Source: an uncultured Chloroflexia bacterium
Lineage (GTDB): Bacteria; Chloroflexota; Limnocylindria; QHBO01
Direction: 5' to 3'
Length of the DNA: 64,000 nt
Assembly: GCA_963827475.1 (NCBI GenBank)
Contig: CAWHAZ010000005.1
Coordinates: 736,001-800,000 of the forward strand
Shown: one piece after another, positions 20,289 to 31,004 of the stretch
Position numbering within the stretch: position 1 is the first letter of the stretch
Layout of the letters: each line of letters opens with the position of its first letter
Position numbers and translations under genes: made by a program
Notes under the pieces: generated by a model
Seen by the model: the letters and a program-made list of their open reading frames with translations, nothing else
What the model was told of the DNA's origin: nothing
Databases searched by the model: none

Positions 20289-21651
20289 CGCCGCAGGTAT
20301 CCCGGGCTTCGCCGGAGCGGTGATGGGTCCGTCTGACGACGGGTACGACACCCACCGCGAGGTGTGGAACGCGATGGTCGACCACCGACCGGCGGTGATT
20401 GCCCAGGCGTCGAGCGCGGCAGATGTGGCAGCTGCGATCCGCTTCGCTCGCCGGCACGATCTCGACATCGGCGTGAAGTGCGGCGGGCACAGCGTGCTCG
20501 GGCTTTCAGTGCCGGAAGACGGGCTGATGATCGACCTGACCCCGATGGGGGAGGTTCGGATTGATAGCGAGCAACGCCGCGCCTCCGTCGGAGGTGGAGC
20601 GCTGCTCCGCTACCTCGACCAGGCGTCGCTCGAACATGGCCTGGCCACGACCGCCGGGAACGTTTCGCACACCGGTGTCGGTGGCCTGACGCTGGGCGGC
20701 GGGATGGGATGGCTCGCTCGGCAATTTGGGCTCGCCTGTGACAACGTGGAGCGCTTCGAGGTCGTGACCGCCGACGGCGACGTCGTGCAGGCCACCAGCT
20801 CCGAGCATGACGACCTGTTCTGGGGCCTCCGCGGCGGGGGCGGTAACTTCGGGGTCGTCACCGAGTTCGAGTTTCGGCTCCACCCGGTCGTGAACCAGGC
20901 CCTGGCCGTCGACCTGATCTTTGACCCGGACGAGGCTGTCGAGCCCTTGCGGCGCTGGCGCGATCTGCTTCCCGACGCTCCCCGTGAGGCGACGCTGACC
21001 GCCGACGCGGTGACCAGCGATGGACGGCCGATCGTGGCCATCGGGTTCGTGTGGGTCGGCGATACCGGAAGCGCGCGCGGGCGTATCTGCGAGACGATGC
21101 GAAGCATCGGATCCCCGCGCAGCGAATCGGTCCAGGAGATGAGCTACCTGGACCTCCAGCGGATCGGCGATGACCGTCATCACCACGGCATGCGGCGATA
21201 CTCCGCCGGCCATTACCTCGTCGAGTTCCCGGATGCCGCGATCGACGCTTTCCTCAGCCGCGGCGTGTCATCTGGCGAGGCGGTCGATTGGACTCGGGTG
21301 GCGGGCGGAGGCTTCCAGGCCTACGGTGGGGCGATCGGCGAGGTCGCGAACGATGACTCGGCGTTCAGCCATCGTGATGCCCTTATCGAGTTCTTCGCGG
21401 GCCAGACCTGGGTAGACCCCGCGGAGGATGCTGCGCGCATGGCCTCCGCGCGAGCATTTGGTGCGGCGCTGGCCCCGTTCGCCAGCGGCGTGTACGTCAA
21501 CGTGGTCTTCGATCAGAGCCCGGCAGAGCTCACCCGCGCCTACGGGGAAGCGAAGCTGGCTCGCCTGGCGGCACTCAAGCACCGCTGGGACCCGGACAAC
21601 GTCTTCCACCTGAACCAGAACATCGCCCCACGGCCCGATAGCAAAGAATGA
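20281..21651 (+). CDS. FAD-binding oxidoreductase (BBE-like)
   Basis: 'KCGGHS', 'GLTLGGG.G', 'DLFWGLRGGGGNFGVVT', 'YVN', 'K..WDPDNVF..NQN'. Confidence 0.92.
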   Translation: MADAAGIPGFAGAVMGPSDDGYDTHREVWNAMVDHRPAVIAQASSAADVAAAIRFARRHDLDIGVKCGGHSVLGLSVPEDGLMIDLTPMGEVRIDSEQRRASVGGGALLRYLDQASLEHGLATTAGNVSHTGVGGLTLGGGMGWLARQFGLACDNVERFEVVTADGDVVQATSSEHDDLFWGLRGGGGNFGVVTEFEFRLHPVVNQALAVDLIFDPDEAVEPLRRWRDLLPDAPREATLTADAVTSDGRPIVAIGFVWVGDTGSARGRICETMRSIGSPRSESVQEMSYLDLQRIGDDRHHHGMRRYSAGHYLVEFPDAAIDAFLSRGVSSGEAVDWTRVAGGGFQAYGGAIGEVANDDSAFSHRDALIEFFAGQTWVDPAEDAARMASARAFGAALAPFASGVYVNVVFDQSPAELTRAYGEAKLARLAALKHRWDPDNVFHLNQNIAPRPDSKE

Positions 21652-21727
21652 CAAGGCGGGCCCTTCGGTAGACCCATACCGTGTGATCGACATCGGAGCA
21701 CCCGATGACGACGAACGCGGAAGAGGG

Positions 21728-22276
21728 ATGGATACCGATCTCGTGGTTCGAGCCCAGCACGGTGACAGGGGGGCATTCGCCAGCCTTGCCACCGAGGTAG
21801 CTGATCGGTTCCTGGCCGTGGCCCGCAAGATCTTGCGTGACCACGATCTTGCCGAGGATGCGACGCAGCAGGCGCTGCTCAGCATCTGGCAGGACCTCCC
21901 GCAGCTGCGCGACCCGGCACGCTTTGAGGCCTGGTCGTATCGGCTCCTCGTGCACGCCTGCTATGCCGAGAGCCGGAGGCAGCGACGCTGGACACCGAAC
22001 ATTCGGCTGCTTCCTACCGATGAGCCGATCGCGGACGATGACCTGAGCTCGGTTGTCGATCGCGACCTGCTCGAGGCTGGATTCCGTCGCCTCTCGATCG
22101 ATCACCGAACGGTGGTGGTGCTGCACCACTACCAGGACCTGCCGCTCGATCGGGTCGCCGAGATCCTCGGCATCCCGGTCGGGACGGCTCACTCTCGACT
22201 TCATCATGCGATGCGTGCGCTGCGCGCGGCGCTCGACGCCGACGCCCGGCCGGAGGCGCGGGAGGCTGCTCGATGA
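21728..22276 (+). CDS. ECF sigma-70 factor 1
   Basis: 'LAEDATQ', 'FEAWSYR', region 4 'AEILGIPVGTAHSRLHHA'. Confidence 0.93.
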   Translation: MDTDLVVRAQHGDRGAFASLATEVADRFLAVARKILRDHDLAEDATQQALLSIWQDLPQLRDPARFEAWSYRLLVHACYAESRRQRRWTPNIRLLPTDEPIADDDLSSVVDRDLLEAGFRRLSIDHRTVVVLHHYQDLPLDRVAEILGIPVGTAHSRLHHAMRALRAALDADARPEAREAAR

Positions 22277-23196
22277 GCACCGAACGCGACCCCCAGCGCA
22301 TCGTCCTGTCGTGGCTCCGCTCGGACGAGCACGTGTCCGCGGATCGACTCCTCGACATCGTGCTCTTCGCAGTGGACACGACCCCACAGCGCCAGTCCTC
22401 TTGGCTGGCGTGGAGGTCACCCTTCATGAGTAACACCGTTCGCATCGCCCTCGCGGCAGCAGCCGTGGTGGTGGTGGCGCTCATCGGCTACCAGCTGCTG
22501 GTCGCCCCAACAACTGTCGGCGGCCCTCCGCCGTCTCCATCTCCCTCCGAAACACCGACTCCGTCCCCGGCGGCGACGCCGGCGACGCCTGCGGCCGTCG
22601 TGGACTTCACGGCCCACGCCGGCGGGGGCGCCGAGCTGGTCCCGGGCCAGTACCGCATCACGACGGCCCCGCCGGTCGGGGTCGTGATCACGGTGCCCGA
22701 TGAGCCGTTCGGCGGATGCCCTTCGGCCTGGTTCAAGGCCCTGTACGACTGGGGCCCGTGGCACCAGACCAACGAGGCACGGCTTGGCGTCGTTGACGTC
22801 TCGAACCTGTACGCCAACCCCTGCCGCGCGCCGGAGCAGGGCCTCCGCGACCCTGCGATCGGTCCGACGGTCGCCGACCTGGCCTCGGCCCTCGGCACGA
22901 TCCCGGAAGTTTCGGCCACCGCCCCCGTAGACGCCCAGTTGGACGGCATCTCTGGGCAGCTTGTAGAGCTCACGGCGGGCGACCGAACTGATTCGTGCGT
23001 CGACGACTCGTTCATGTGGAGGTCGACGTATTCCGGTCCGAGTTTGCTGGCCCCCGATCCTGGTGATTTGACCCGAGTCTGGATCCTGGACGTTGGGGGC
23101 ACCCGGCTGGTGGTCTGGGCAAGCGAAGACGCGGAATTCACCGATCACGAGGCCATGCAGACCCTGGTGGACTCGATCCAGATCGAAGCGCCGTAA
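22273..23196 (+). CDS. Putative single-TM anti-sigma factor 1
   Basis: Coupled to the ECF gene (ATGA overlap); short cytoplasmic N-terminus, one TM, Pro-rich linker, extracellular domain. Confidence 0.75.
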   Translation: MSTERDPQRIVLSWLRSDEHVSADRLLDIVLFAVDTTPQRQSSWLAWRSPFMSNTVRIALAAAAVVVVALIGYQLLVAPTTVGGPPPSPSPSETPTPSPAATPATPAAVVDFTAHAGGGAELVPGQYRITTAPPVGVVITVPDEPFGGCPSAWFKALYDWGPWHQTNEARLGVVDVSNLYANPCRAPEQGLRDPAIGPTVADLASALGTIPEVSATAPVDAQLDGISGQLVELTAGDRTDSCVDDSFMWRSTYSGPSLLAPDPGDLTRVWILDVGGTRLVVWASEDAEFTDHEAMQTLVDSIQIEAP

Positions 23197-23346
23197 CTAA
23201 TCCTCCGCTGGCGGGGCCCGGCACGGACCCCGCCAGCCTCCCTGACCCGCTCTGCCCTCTGCACCCGGGATTGAAGGATCCGCCGCCGCCGGCGGCACAT
23301 ACCGGGTGATCGTGCCGGAATCAACCGGCGCACCATGCGGTGAGGG

Positions 23347-23892
23347 ATGGACACAGACCTCGTGATAGCGGCTCAGCGCGGGGACGAAGAAGCCTTTGCC
23401 ATGCTGGTCGTGGCGCACGGCGGGCGGCTGCAGGCCGTGGCGCATCGGATCCTTCGCGACTTCGACCTGGCCGAGGACGCCACACAGCAGGCCCTGGTGC
23501 GGATCTGGAAGAGCCTCCCCAAACTGCGGGACCCCGCGCGATTCGAGGCTTGGTCCTACCAGCTCCTGGTCCGCGCCTGCCACGCTGAGGCTCGCCGGAG
23601 CCGCCGCTGGACACCCGGGCTGCGCCTGGTCGAGACCGATGAGCCAACAGTTGACCCGCTCGGCGTAATCGCGGACCGCGACCAGCTCGAGCGGGCGTTT
23701 CGCGGCCTATCGGTGGACCACCGGGCCGTGGTTGTCCTTCACTACTACCTCGACCTACCCCTCGCCGAGGTGGCCGACGTGCTCGGCATCCCGGTCGGCA
23801 CCGCCGGATCGCGTCTCCACTACGCCATCAGGGCGCTCCACGCTGCGCTCGACGCCGCGGCTCGACCGACGCTGCAGGAGGCCACCCAATGA
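23347..23892 (+). CDS. ECF sigma-70 factor 2 (paralog of ECF1)
   Basis: 'LAEDATQQAL', 'LRDPARFEAWSY', 'LGIPVGTAGSRLHYA'. Confidence 0.93.
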   Translation: MDTDLVIAAQRGDEEAFAMLVVAHGGRLQAVAHRILRDFDLAEDATQQALVRIWKSLPKLRDPARFEAWSYQLLVRACHAEARRSRRWTPGLRLVETDEPTVDPLGVIADRDQLERAFRGLSVDHRAVVVLHYYLDLPLAEVADVLGIPVGTAGSRLHYAIRALHAALDAAARPTLQEATQ

Positions 23893-25094
23893 ATCACTCG
23901 GAAGCGGAGCGTGCGCGTGCTATCCGCGCCTGGCTGAGCGAGGGAAGCAGTGAGCTCTCGCCGCGAGTCCTCGACGGCGTTCTGCACGAAGTTCCCGCGA
24001 CGCCCCAGGACCGGCCGTTCTGGTCATCCCGCTGGCCAGGGATGAGCACGTTCGCCGCGGTGGCCGCCGTGGCTGCGGCCCTGGTCGTCGTGGTAGTGGG
24101 TATCAGCCTGTTGGGCGGCGTAGCCCCGGGTGGCGAGGGACCGGCGGCAGCATCTCCACCGCCGACGCTGGCTCCGAAGACGGACCTCGGGGTGTTCGAG
24201 TCGGCGCGGGGGCGAATCGTCTTCCGAGCGTCGTTCCACCTTGAGGCAATTGACCCATTCGATCCGACCTCGCGGCAGGTCATCGAGCTGCCCGCCACCG
24301 TCGACATGCCCAGGTGGATGCCGGTCGGCTTTTCGGCGGATGGTTCGCTTCTCGCGTTCACCGACGAGGACCGAGGTCGGATGTACGTGATGGATGCCGC
24401 CGGTTCGGCGCGCCGGATCCCGATCGAGGAGCTGCAGCTCGGCATGGGCTGCTGCTCTTTCGTGGACTCCAACTGGCTGTCACCTGACGGGACCTCGGGG
24501 CTCGCCTTTGCGCCATCCGAATCGGGGATGGGAAGGCTGCACGTGCTGAATCTCGATGACATCGCCGCCAGTCGGGTAGTCGAGGTGCGGGCCGAGGGGG
24601 GTAACGACCAGCCATGGATGCCCGTATGGTCTCCGGACGGGTCGCAGGTCGCCTATGTCTGGAGCAAAGACGGCGGCATGGCCACGCCTGCTGTCGGGAT
24701 TGTCGACCTGGCCAGCGGAAGCAGCCGCGAACTGGTCTCGGGCTTGGGTCTGATCAGGCAGCTGGCCTGGTCTCCGGACGGATCCCAGCTTCTGGTCGTC
24801 GCCGGTCGCGACGCCCACCCTACGCCGTGGCCTCAGGCGGCCAGCCTCTACGTGGTTGACATCGACGACGGAGAGCCTCACCAAATCGCCTCAGGCCACT
24901 ACATCTCCGCCGCCTGGTCGCCCGAAGGCACGCAAATCGCCGCGATCGACTTCAGCGGCGTCGGGATGCGAGAAGTGCGGGAAGTGGTTGTCGTCGACGC
25001 TGACGGTTCAGTTGGCCGTCAGCTACTGGCCACGATTCCCTCCGGCGACCCCTTCACCGGAGTGGTGTGGCACCCCGTGTCGGCACCCGAGTGA
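23889..25094 (+). CDS. Putative anti-sigma factor 2 with TolB/PD40 beta-propeller
   Basis: ATGA overlap; one TM; repeated WSPDG/WSPEG/FSADG motifs. Confidence 0.78.
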   Translation: MNHSEAERARAIRAWLSEGSSELSPRVLDGVLHEVPATPQDRPFWSSRWPGMSTFAAVAAVAAALVVVVVGISLLGGVAPGGEGPAAASPPPTLAPKTDLGVFESARGRIVFRASFHLEAIDPFDPTSRQVIELPATVDMPRWMPVGFSADGSLLAFTDEDRGRMYVMDAAGSARRIPIEELQLGMGCCSFVDSNWLSPDGTSGLAFAPSESGMGRLHVLNLDDIAASRVVEVRAEGGNDQPWMPVWSPDGSQVAYVWSKDGGMATPAVGIVDLASGSSRELVSGLGLIRQLAWSPDGSQLLVVAGRDAHPTPWPQAASLYVVDIDDGEPHQIASGHYISAAWSPEGTQIAAIDFSGVGMREVREVVVVDADGSVGRQLLATIPSGDPFTGVVWHPVSAPE

Positions 25095-25162
25095 GCGACG
25101 ATCAAAATACTCTCGGGGAGGCCCTCCATGTGCTAACGCCCGCCGGCTAGCATGCTCGGCGC

Positions 25163-27400
25163 ATGCCGCCGAATCCGCCGGAGCTGCCGTACTACCCGCT
25201 GATCGTCGTCCCGCTGGCGATCGCCATCTTCCTGTTCTGGCGCCGGAGCCGGCTCCACTGGGCGGTGCTCCGCGCCGGCCGGCCGCTGCCGCGCCTGGAC
25301 AAGCCCCGGGAGCGGATCTGGAGCGTGATCCGCTACGTCATCGCCCAGGAGCGGCTCCTGCGCGACCCGGTTCCCGGGCTCATGCACGCGTTCGTGTTCT
25401 GGGGCTTCCTCGTCCTGCTGGTCACGACCGGCAACTACCTGACCAACGGCCTGGTCGAGCGCATCGTCACCGCCATCCCGATCGTCGGCGGCCTGCTGTG
25501 GGCGCTCGCCATCTTCGGCGCCAACGTGTTCATCGGTCTGGTCCTGGTGGGGATCGGCTACTCGGTCATCCGCCGGATCGTCATCCGGCCTGCTCGCCTG
25601 GCCCTGAGCCGGGATGCGTTCGTGATCCTTGGCCTCATCGGTCTGGTGGTCGTCACCGAGGCCTTTGCCGACGCGTTCGGCTACGTCCTCGAGCCCGACA
25701 ACCCGACCCGGATCGTGGCCGTCATCGCCGGACCGTTGAGCCTGGTGCTGGAGCTGTTCGGAACCGACCGTCGCGGCGTGGGGGTTCGCGATCTTCGCCT
25801 GGGCCCACGTCATGGCGGTCATGGCCTTCGGGACGTACCTGCCGTACAGCAAGCACCTCCACATCATCACCAGCGAGCCGAACGTCTACCTCATGAACCT
25901 CGAGCCGCGCGGCGCGCTGCGGAAGATGGACCTCGAGGCCGACCCGCCGCCCGGCGGGGGAGCGACGTTCGGCGCCGCCGCACTCCGCGACCTCACCTGG
26001 CGCCACCTCCTCGACCCGCTGGCCTGCACCGAGTGCGGCCGCTGCATGGAGTTCTGCCCCGCGTCGTACAGCGGCAAGACGCTGTCGCCCAAGCACCTGA
26101 TGGAAGGGCTGCGTGACCAGATCGTGGCCGCCGAGACGGCGCTGGTGGCCGCCGCCGGCGCCCAGCGGGCGGCGAAGGGTGCGGCGAACGGGACCAACGG
26201 CGGATCGACCGATGGCGCCGCTGCGGCGGAGGTCGGCCTGTCGCATGGCGAAGCAGCGTGCGCTCGAGGCCCTGAGCCTGCCCCTGGTCGACAACGCCAT
26301 CCCCGAAGAAGCGGTCTGGCAGTGCACGACCTGCGGCTGGTGCGTCGAGGGCTGCCCGGTGCTCATCGAGCACGTCGACACCATCGTCGAGATCCGCCGC
26401 AACCTCGTGCTGGAGGAGAGCCGCTTCCCGCGCGAGCTGGCCGGCGCCTTCCGCAACATGGAGACCGCCGGCAACCCGTGGGGCCAGCCACGAGCTTCGC
26501 GCCTGGACTGGGCCAAGGGCCTGGACGTATCGGTCCTCGGCAAATCCAATGGCCACGCGAACGGCCAGACGGCCGGACAGACCGATGGCGAGGCGGCAAC
26601 CGATCCGGCATCGGCTCCGGAAGGGGTCCTGTACTGGGTCGGCTGCGCCGGCGCGTTCGACGAGCGGAACCGAAAGGTGGTGCGGGCGATGGCCGCCCTC
26701 CTGCGCCAGGCCGAGATCCCGTTCTGGGTGCTGGGCAGCGGCGAGACCTGCTCCGGCGACCCGGCCCGGCGAGCGGGCAACGAGTACCTGTTCCAGATCC
26801 TGGCCGAGGAGAACGTGGCGACCCTCACCGCAGCCCACGACGAGCACGGGATCCGCACCATCGTGGCCTCCTGCCCGCACTGCTTCAACACCATCCGCAA
26901 CGAGTACCCGCAGTTCGGCCTGACCGGGATCGAGGTCATCCACCACACCCAGCTCCTGGAGCGGCTGGTGACCGAGGGCCGGCTGAAGCCGATGTTCGGC
27001 GTCTCCCATCGGGCCATCGCCTACCACGACGCCTGCTACCTCGGGCCGCTACAACGACGTCTACGAGCCCGGCCGCCAGGTCGTCGAGAGCGTGCCGGGC
27101 AACGAGGTGGTCGAGATGGACCTCCACCACCGGAAGGGCATGTGCTGCGGGGCGGGCGGCGCCCGGATGTGGATGGAGGAGCACGAGGGGCGGCGGATCA
27201 ACCACGTCCGCACCGAGCAGGCGCTGGGCACCGGGGCGGCGGCCATCGCCACCGCCTGCCCGTTCTGCCTGGTCATGCTCCGCGACGGGACGACGGACCT
27301 GCGCCGGGACGACGTGCCGGTGCGGGACGTCGCCGAGCTGCTGGCGGACGCCACCGGCGTGTGGATCCGCGACGCCAATGGTCCTGCCCGGCTGACCTGA
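25163..27400 (+). CDS. FadF-like membrane Fe-S oxidoreductase (HdrD/CCG domains); about 3 frameshifts
   Basis: TM N-terminus, CTECGRC..CP, CTTCGWC..CP, 'GNPWG', 'SCPHC', 'YHDACYL', 'CCGAGG', 'ACPFC'. Confidence 0.88.
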
Positions 27401-27417
27401 GCGGCAGGGTATCCTCG

Positions 27418-27450
27418 CCCGAACCGCACCCGAACTGCACCCGAACCGCA
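27418..27450 (+). repeat. 3 x 11-bp tandem repeat CCCGAACYGCA
   Basis: Located between TATCCT (-10-like, 27410) and the AGGAG RBS of the aminotransferase. Confidence 0.85.
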
Positions 27451-27463
27451 TCACAGGAGTCGC

Positions 27464-28867
27464 ATGGCGATCACCGAGACGACCCGCATCAACCGCCAGC
27501 GCCTGGCCGGTCTTGCCGACCGCGAGCAGGCGTCGTACGTGGCCCGCACCGCGCGCTCGCGCGAGCTGCTGGAACGGGCGAAGGCCGCGTTGCCGATGGG
27601 GATCGCCAGCTCGTTCCAGAACTACGACCCGTACCCCACGTTCATGCGCGAGTCGCTCGGCTCGCGGATCTGGGACGCCGACGGCAACGAGTACATCGAC
27701 TTCGACATGGCCTTCGGGGTGCTGGCCGCCGGTCACTCCCACCCGGAGGTGGTGGAGGCGGTCCGCGAGCGGGTCGGGCGGGGCACGATCTTCACCTTCC
27801 CCTCGGAGGAGACCGCGGTCGCGGCGGAGGAGATCAAGCGCCGATTCGGGATGGACCTCGTGCGGTTCGGCAACTCGGGGACCGAGGTCACGATGGACGG
27901 GATCCGGATCGCCCGCGGCTTCACCGGTCGCGACAAGATCCTGAAGTTCGAGGGCGGCTACCACGGCCACCACGACGACGTCCTGGTGAGCATCGTGCCG
28001 CCCGCCCAGCTGATGGGCCCGGTGGACGCCCCGAACACGGTTCCGGCCACCGCCGGCATCCCGCGCTCCCGGCTGGCGGACACGGTCGTCGCGCCGTTCA
28101 ACAACGCGGACGCGCTGGAGGCGATCCTCGACCGCAACCGGGGCGAGATCGCGGCCATCATCGTGGAGCCGATCCAGTACAACATCGGCGTCGTCCCGCC
28201 GCTCCCCGGGTTCCTCGAGCGCGTCCGCGAGCTGGCCACGGCCCACGGCATCGTGCTCATCTTCGACGAGGTCAAGACCGGCGTCGTCATCGCCTACGGC
28301 GGCGGGACCGAGCGATACGGCGTGGTGCCGGACATGGTGTGCCTGGCCAAGAGCATCGGTGGCGGACTGCCGGTGGCGGCCATCGCCGGTCGCGAGGCGG
28401 TCATGCGGGCCATCGAGGGCGGGGCGACGGCCACCACCCTGGGCACCGCCGAGTACGTCGCGCACCAGGGCACCTACAACGGGAACCCGGTCTCGATGGC
28501 GGCCACCGTCGCCACCCTGACCCGGGTGCTGACGCCGGACGTCTACCCGGAGCTCGAGCGGCGCGGCGACCGCCTCACCGCCGGCTGCCAGGCCATCCTC
28601 GAGGAGTACCGCCTGCCCGGATACGCGATCAATGTCGGCGCCAAGGGCGCCGTCCTGTTCAGCCCCAAGCGGGTCACGAACTACCGCGACTTCATCGGTA
28701 TCGACGAGGAGCTGTGGACCGCGTTCTACTTCTTCCTCGCCAACCGGGGCATCCTCCTGCCGCCGGGCTCCGACGAACAGTGGACCCTGTCCGTGGCGCA
28801 TACCGATGAGGACATCGAGCGCCACATCGAGGTCTTCGGCGAGTTCGCCAGGGAGCTGAACGGCTAG
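27464..28867 (+). CDS. Class III aminotransferase, glutamate-1-semialdehyde aminomutase-like
   Basis: 'WDADGNEYID', 'NSGTE', 'KFEGGYHG', 'LIFDEVKTG', 'AKSIGGGLP', 'GTYNGNP'. Confidence 0.88.
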   Translation: MAITETTRINRQRLAGLADREQASYVARTARSRELLERAKAALPMGIASSFQNYDPYPTFMRESLGSRIWDADGNEYIDFDMAFGVLAAGHSHPEVVEAVRERVGRGTIFTFPSEETAVAAEEIKRRFGMDLVRFGNSGTEVTMDGIRIARGFTGRDKILKFEGGYHGHHDDVLVSIVPPAQLMGPVDAPNTVPATAGIPRSRLADTVVAPFNNADALEAILDRNRGEIAAIIVEPIQYNIGVVPPLPGFLERVRELATAHGIVLIFDEVKTGVVIAYGGGTERYGVVPDMVCLAKSIGGGLPVAAIAGREAVMRAIEGGATATTLGTAEYVAHQGTYNGNPVSMAATVATLTRVLTPDVYPELERRGDRLTAGCQAILEEYRLPGYAINVGAKGAVLFSPKRVTNYRDFIGIDEELWTAFYFFLANRGILLPPGSDEQWTLSVAHTDEDIERHIEVFGEFARELNG

Positions 28868-28915
28868 GTCTGGCCCGTGGTGAGCGCCGGCCCGGCCTGC
28901 TAGGCTGCGGCTGGC

Positions 28916-29782
28916 ATGCTGGAGCGAGCTGGAGCTCCATTCCGCGGCTTCGGGGACTGGCTCGCGCGCGCCGTCGACGCCGTCTACCGCGTGCTCGGTC
29001 GGCCCGGGAAATGGCTCCAGGACTTCGTCAACGGTTCGTGGCTCGGGCACCCGGTCCACCCGGTCCTGACCGACGTCGTCATCGGCGGCGCGACCCTGCT
29101 GGTTCTCTTCGACCTGGCGACGCTCTTTCTCGGTACGAACGACCTCGAGACCGCCTCGCTGGTGGCCGTCGGCCTCGTCGCCCTGGCCGCCATCGGCGCC
29201 ACCCTGACCGGGCTCACGGAGTTCAAGGACACCCACACCGGGGACGAGCGGAACGTGGTCGTGCTCCACGGGCTGATCAACATCGCGGCCACCGCGGCCT
29301 ACATCGTCTCGTTCTTCGTCCGGCTGGGTGGGGCGGAGGACCTTGGGATCTGGTTCGCGCTCGCCGGGTTCGCGGTCCTGACCGTTGGCGGGTTCATCGG
29401 CGGCCATGTCGTCTTCAAGTACGGCTACACGGTGAACCGCAACGCGTTCGCCAAGGGACAGCGGGCGAAGGAGTTCACCCCGATCATCGCCGCGGCCGAC
29501 GTGCCGGAGGCCACCCCGACCAAGGTCATGCTCGGCAGCACGGCACTCGTCGTCGTCCGCCGGGGCGACGTGGTCCACGTCCTGAAGAACACGTGCTCGC
29601 ACGCCGGCGGCCCCCTGGACGAGGGGGAGCTGGTGGGGGACACGATCGTGTGCCCGTGGCACTCCTCGGCCTTCCGCCTGACCGATGGCGCCGTCCGCCA
29701 CGGACCGGCCACGACCCGCCAGGTGACCTATCGCTCGCGGGTCAATGACCTCCAGGTCGAGGTCCAGGGACCGGTCGACTGA
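28916..29782 (+). CDS. DUF2231 membrane domain + Rieske 2Fe-2S protein
   Basis: 'WLGHPVHP', CSH..GPL and CPWH..F Rieske motifs. Confidence 0.9.
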   Translation: MLERAGAPFRGFGDWLARAVDAVYRVLGRPGKWLQDFVNGSWLGHPVHPVLTDVVIGGATLLVLFDLATLFLGTNDLETASLVAVGLVALAAIGATLTGLTEFKDTHTGDERNVVVLHGLINIAATAAYIVSFFVRLGGAEDLGIWFALAGFAVLTVGGFIGGHVVFKYGYTVNRNAFAKGQRAKEFTPIIAAADVPEATPTKVMLGSTALVVVRRGDVVHVLKNTCSHAGGPLDEGELVGDTIVCPWHSSAFRLTDGAVRHGPATTRQVTYRSRVNDLQVEVQGPVD

Positions 29783-29807
29783 GCGGGTCGGGTAGACTCG
29801 CGCCGAT

Positions 29808-31004
29808 TTGGCCAGTCCCCCCGTGACCCAGGGCGTGCCGGCGACCCCCTATCGGCTCACGCGTGAGCACGACGAGCTGCGGGCGCTCGTCCGGCAGCTG
29901 GCCGAGGAGCGGATCGCGCCCCGGGCGGCGGAGATCGACGCCACGGCGGAGTACCCCTGGGATCTCAAGCAGCTGCTCGCCGAGCACGACCTGCTCGGAA
30001 CCGGCTTCGAGGAGCGGTACGGCGGAACCGCGCTCGACGGGATCGGCCAGGCGATCGTGGTCGAGGAGGTCGCCCGGGCAGACGCCACGACCAGCCTGAT
30101 CCCGGTCATCCAGAAGCTCGGCGCGCTGCCGATCATGCTCGCCGGCACCGACGAGCAGAAGGATCGGTATTTCCCGCGCCTCGCCTCCGGGGAGTGGCTG
30201 CCGGCGTTTGCCCTGACCGAGGCCGGGGCGGGGAGCGACGTGGCGAGCATGCGGATGCGGGCGAGCCGCGACGGGGACGACTACCTGCTGTCGGGGACGA
30301 AGCGGTTCATCACCGGCGGCTCGGTCGCGAACATGCTCACCGTGTTCGCCCTGACCGATCCGGAGGCCGGCGGCCGGAAGGGGATGAGCGGGTTCATCGT
30401 GGAGACCGATACGCCCGGCTTTGCCGTCGCTCGCCTCGAGCACAAGATGGGCATCCGCGGCTCGCCCACCGCCGAGCTGACGTTCGACGACGTGCGGGTG
30501 CCGGCGGCGAACCGGCTGGGCGAGGAGGGAGACGGCTTCAAGATCGCGATGGCCACCCTCGATCGGTCCCGCCTCGCGATCGCGTCCCAGGCGGTCGGCA
30601 TCGCCCAGGGCGCGACCGACGCGGCACTCGCGTACGCGGCCGAGCGGCGGCAGTTCGGGGATCGGATCATCGATTTCCAGGCCATCCAGTTCATGCTCGC
30701 CGACATGGCCTCCCTGACGGAGGCCGCCCGCCAGCTGACGTACGCCGCCTGCGCCCGGGTCGATGACGACGACCCGAACCTCGCCTACTGGACCAGCGCC
30801 GCCAAGCTGATCGCGGGCGACACCGCGATGAAGGTCACCACCGACGCGGTCCAGGTCTACGGCGGCTACGGCTACTCGTCGGAGTACCCGGTCGAGCGGA
30901 TGATGCGTGACGCGAAGATCACCCAGCTGTACGAGGGCACTCAGCAGATCCAGCGCCTGGTCATCGCTCGGCGGCTGATGGCGATGGCCGGCATCGGCCG
31001 ATGA
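29808..31004 (+). CDS. Acyl-CoA dehydrogenase
   Basis: 'FALTEAGAGSD', 'GTKRFIT', 'KMGIRGS', 'RRQFG', 'GGYGY..EYPVERMMRDAKITQLYEGT'. Confidence 0.95.
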   Translation: MASPPVTQGVPATPYRLTREHDELRALVRQLAEERIAPRAAEIDATAEYPWDLKQLLAEHDLLGTGFEERYGGTALDGIGQAIVVEEVARADATTSLIPVIQKLGALPIMLAGTDEQKDRYFPRLASGEWLPAFALTEAGAGSDVASMRMRASRDGDDYLLSGTKRFITGGSVANMLTVFALTDPEAGGRKGMSGFIVETDTPGFAVARLEHKMGIRGSPTAELTFDDVRVPAANRLGEEGDGFKIAMATLDRSRLAIASQAVGIAQGATDAALAYAAERRQFGDRIIDFQAIQFMLADMASLTEAARQLTYAACARVDDDDPNLAYWTSAAKLIAGDTAMKVTTDAVQVYGGYGYSSEYPVERMMRDAKITQLYEGTQQIQRLVIARRLMAMAGIGR

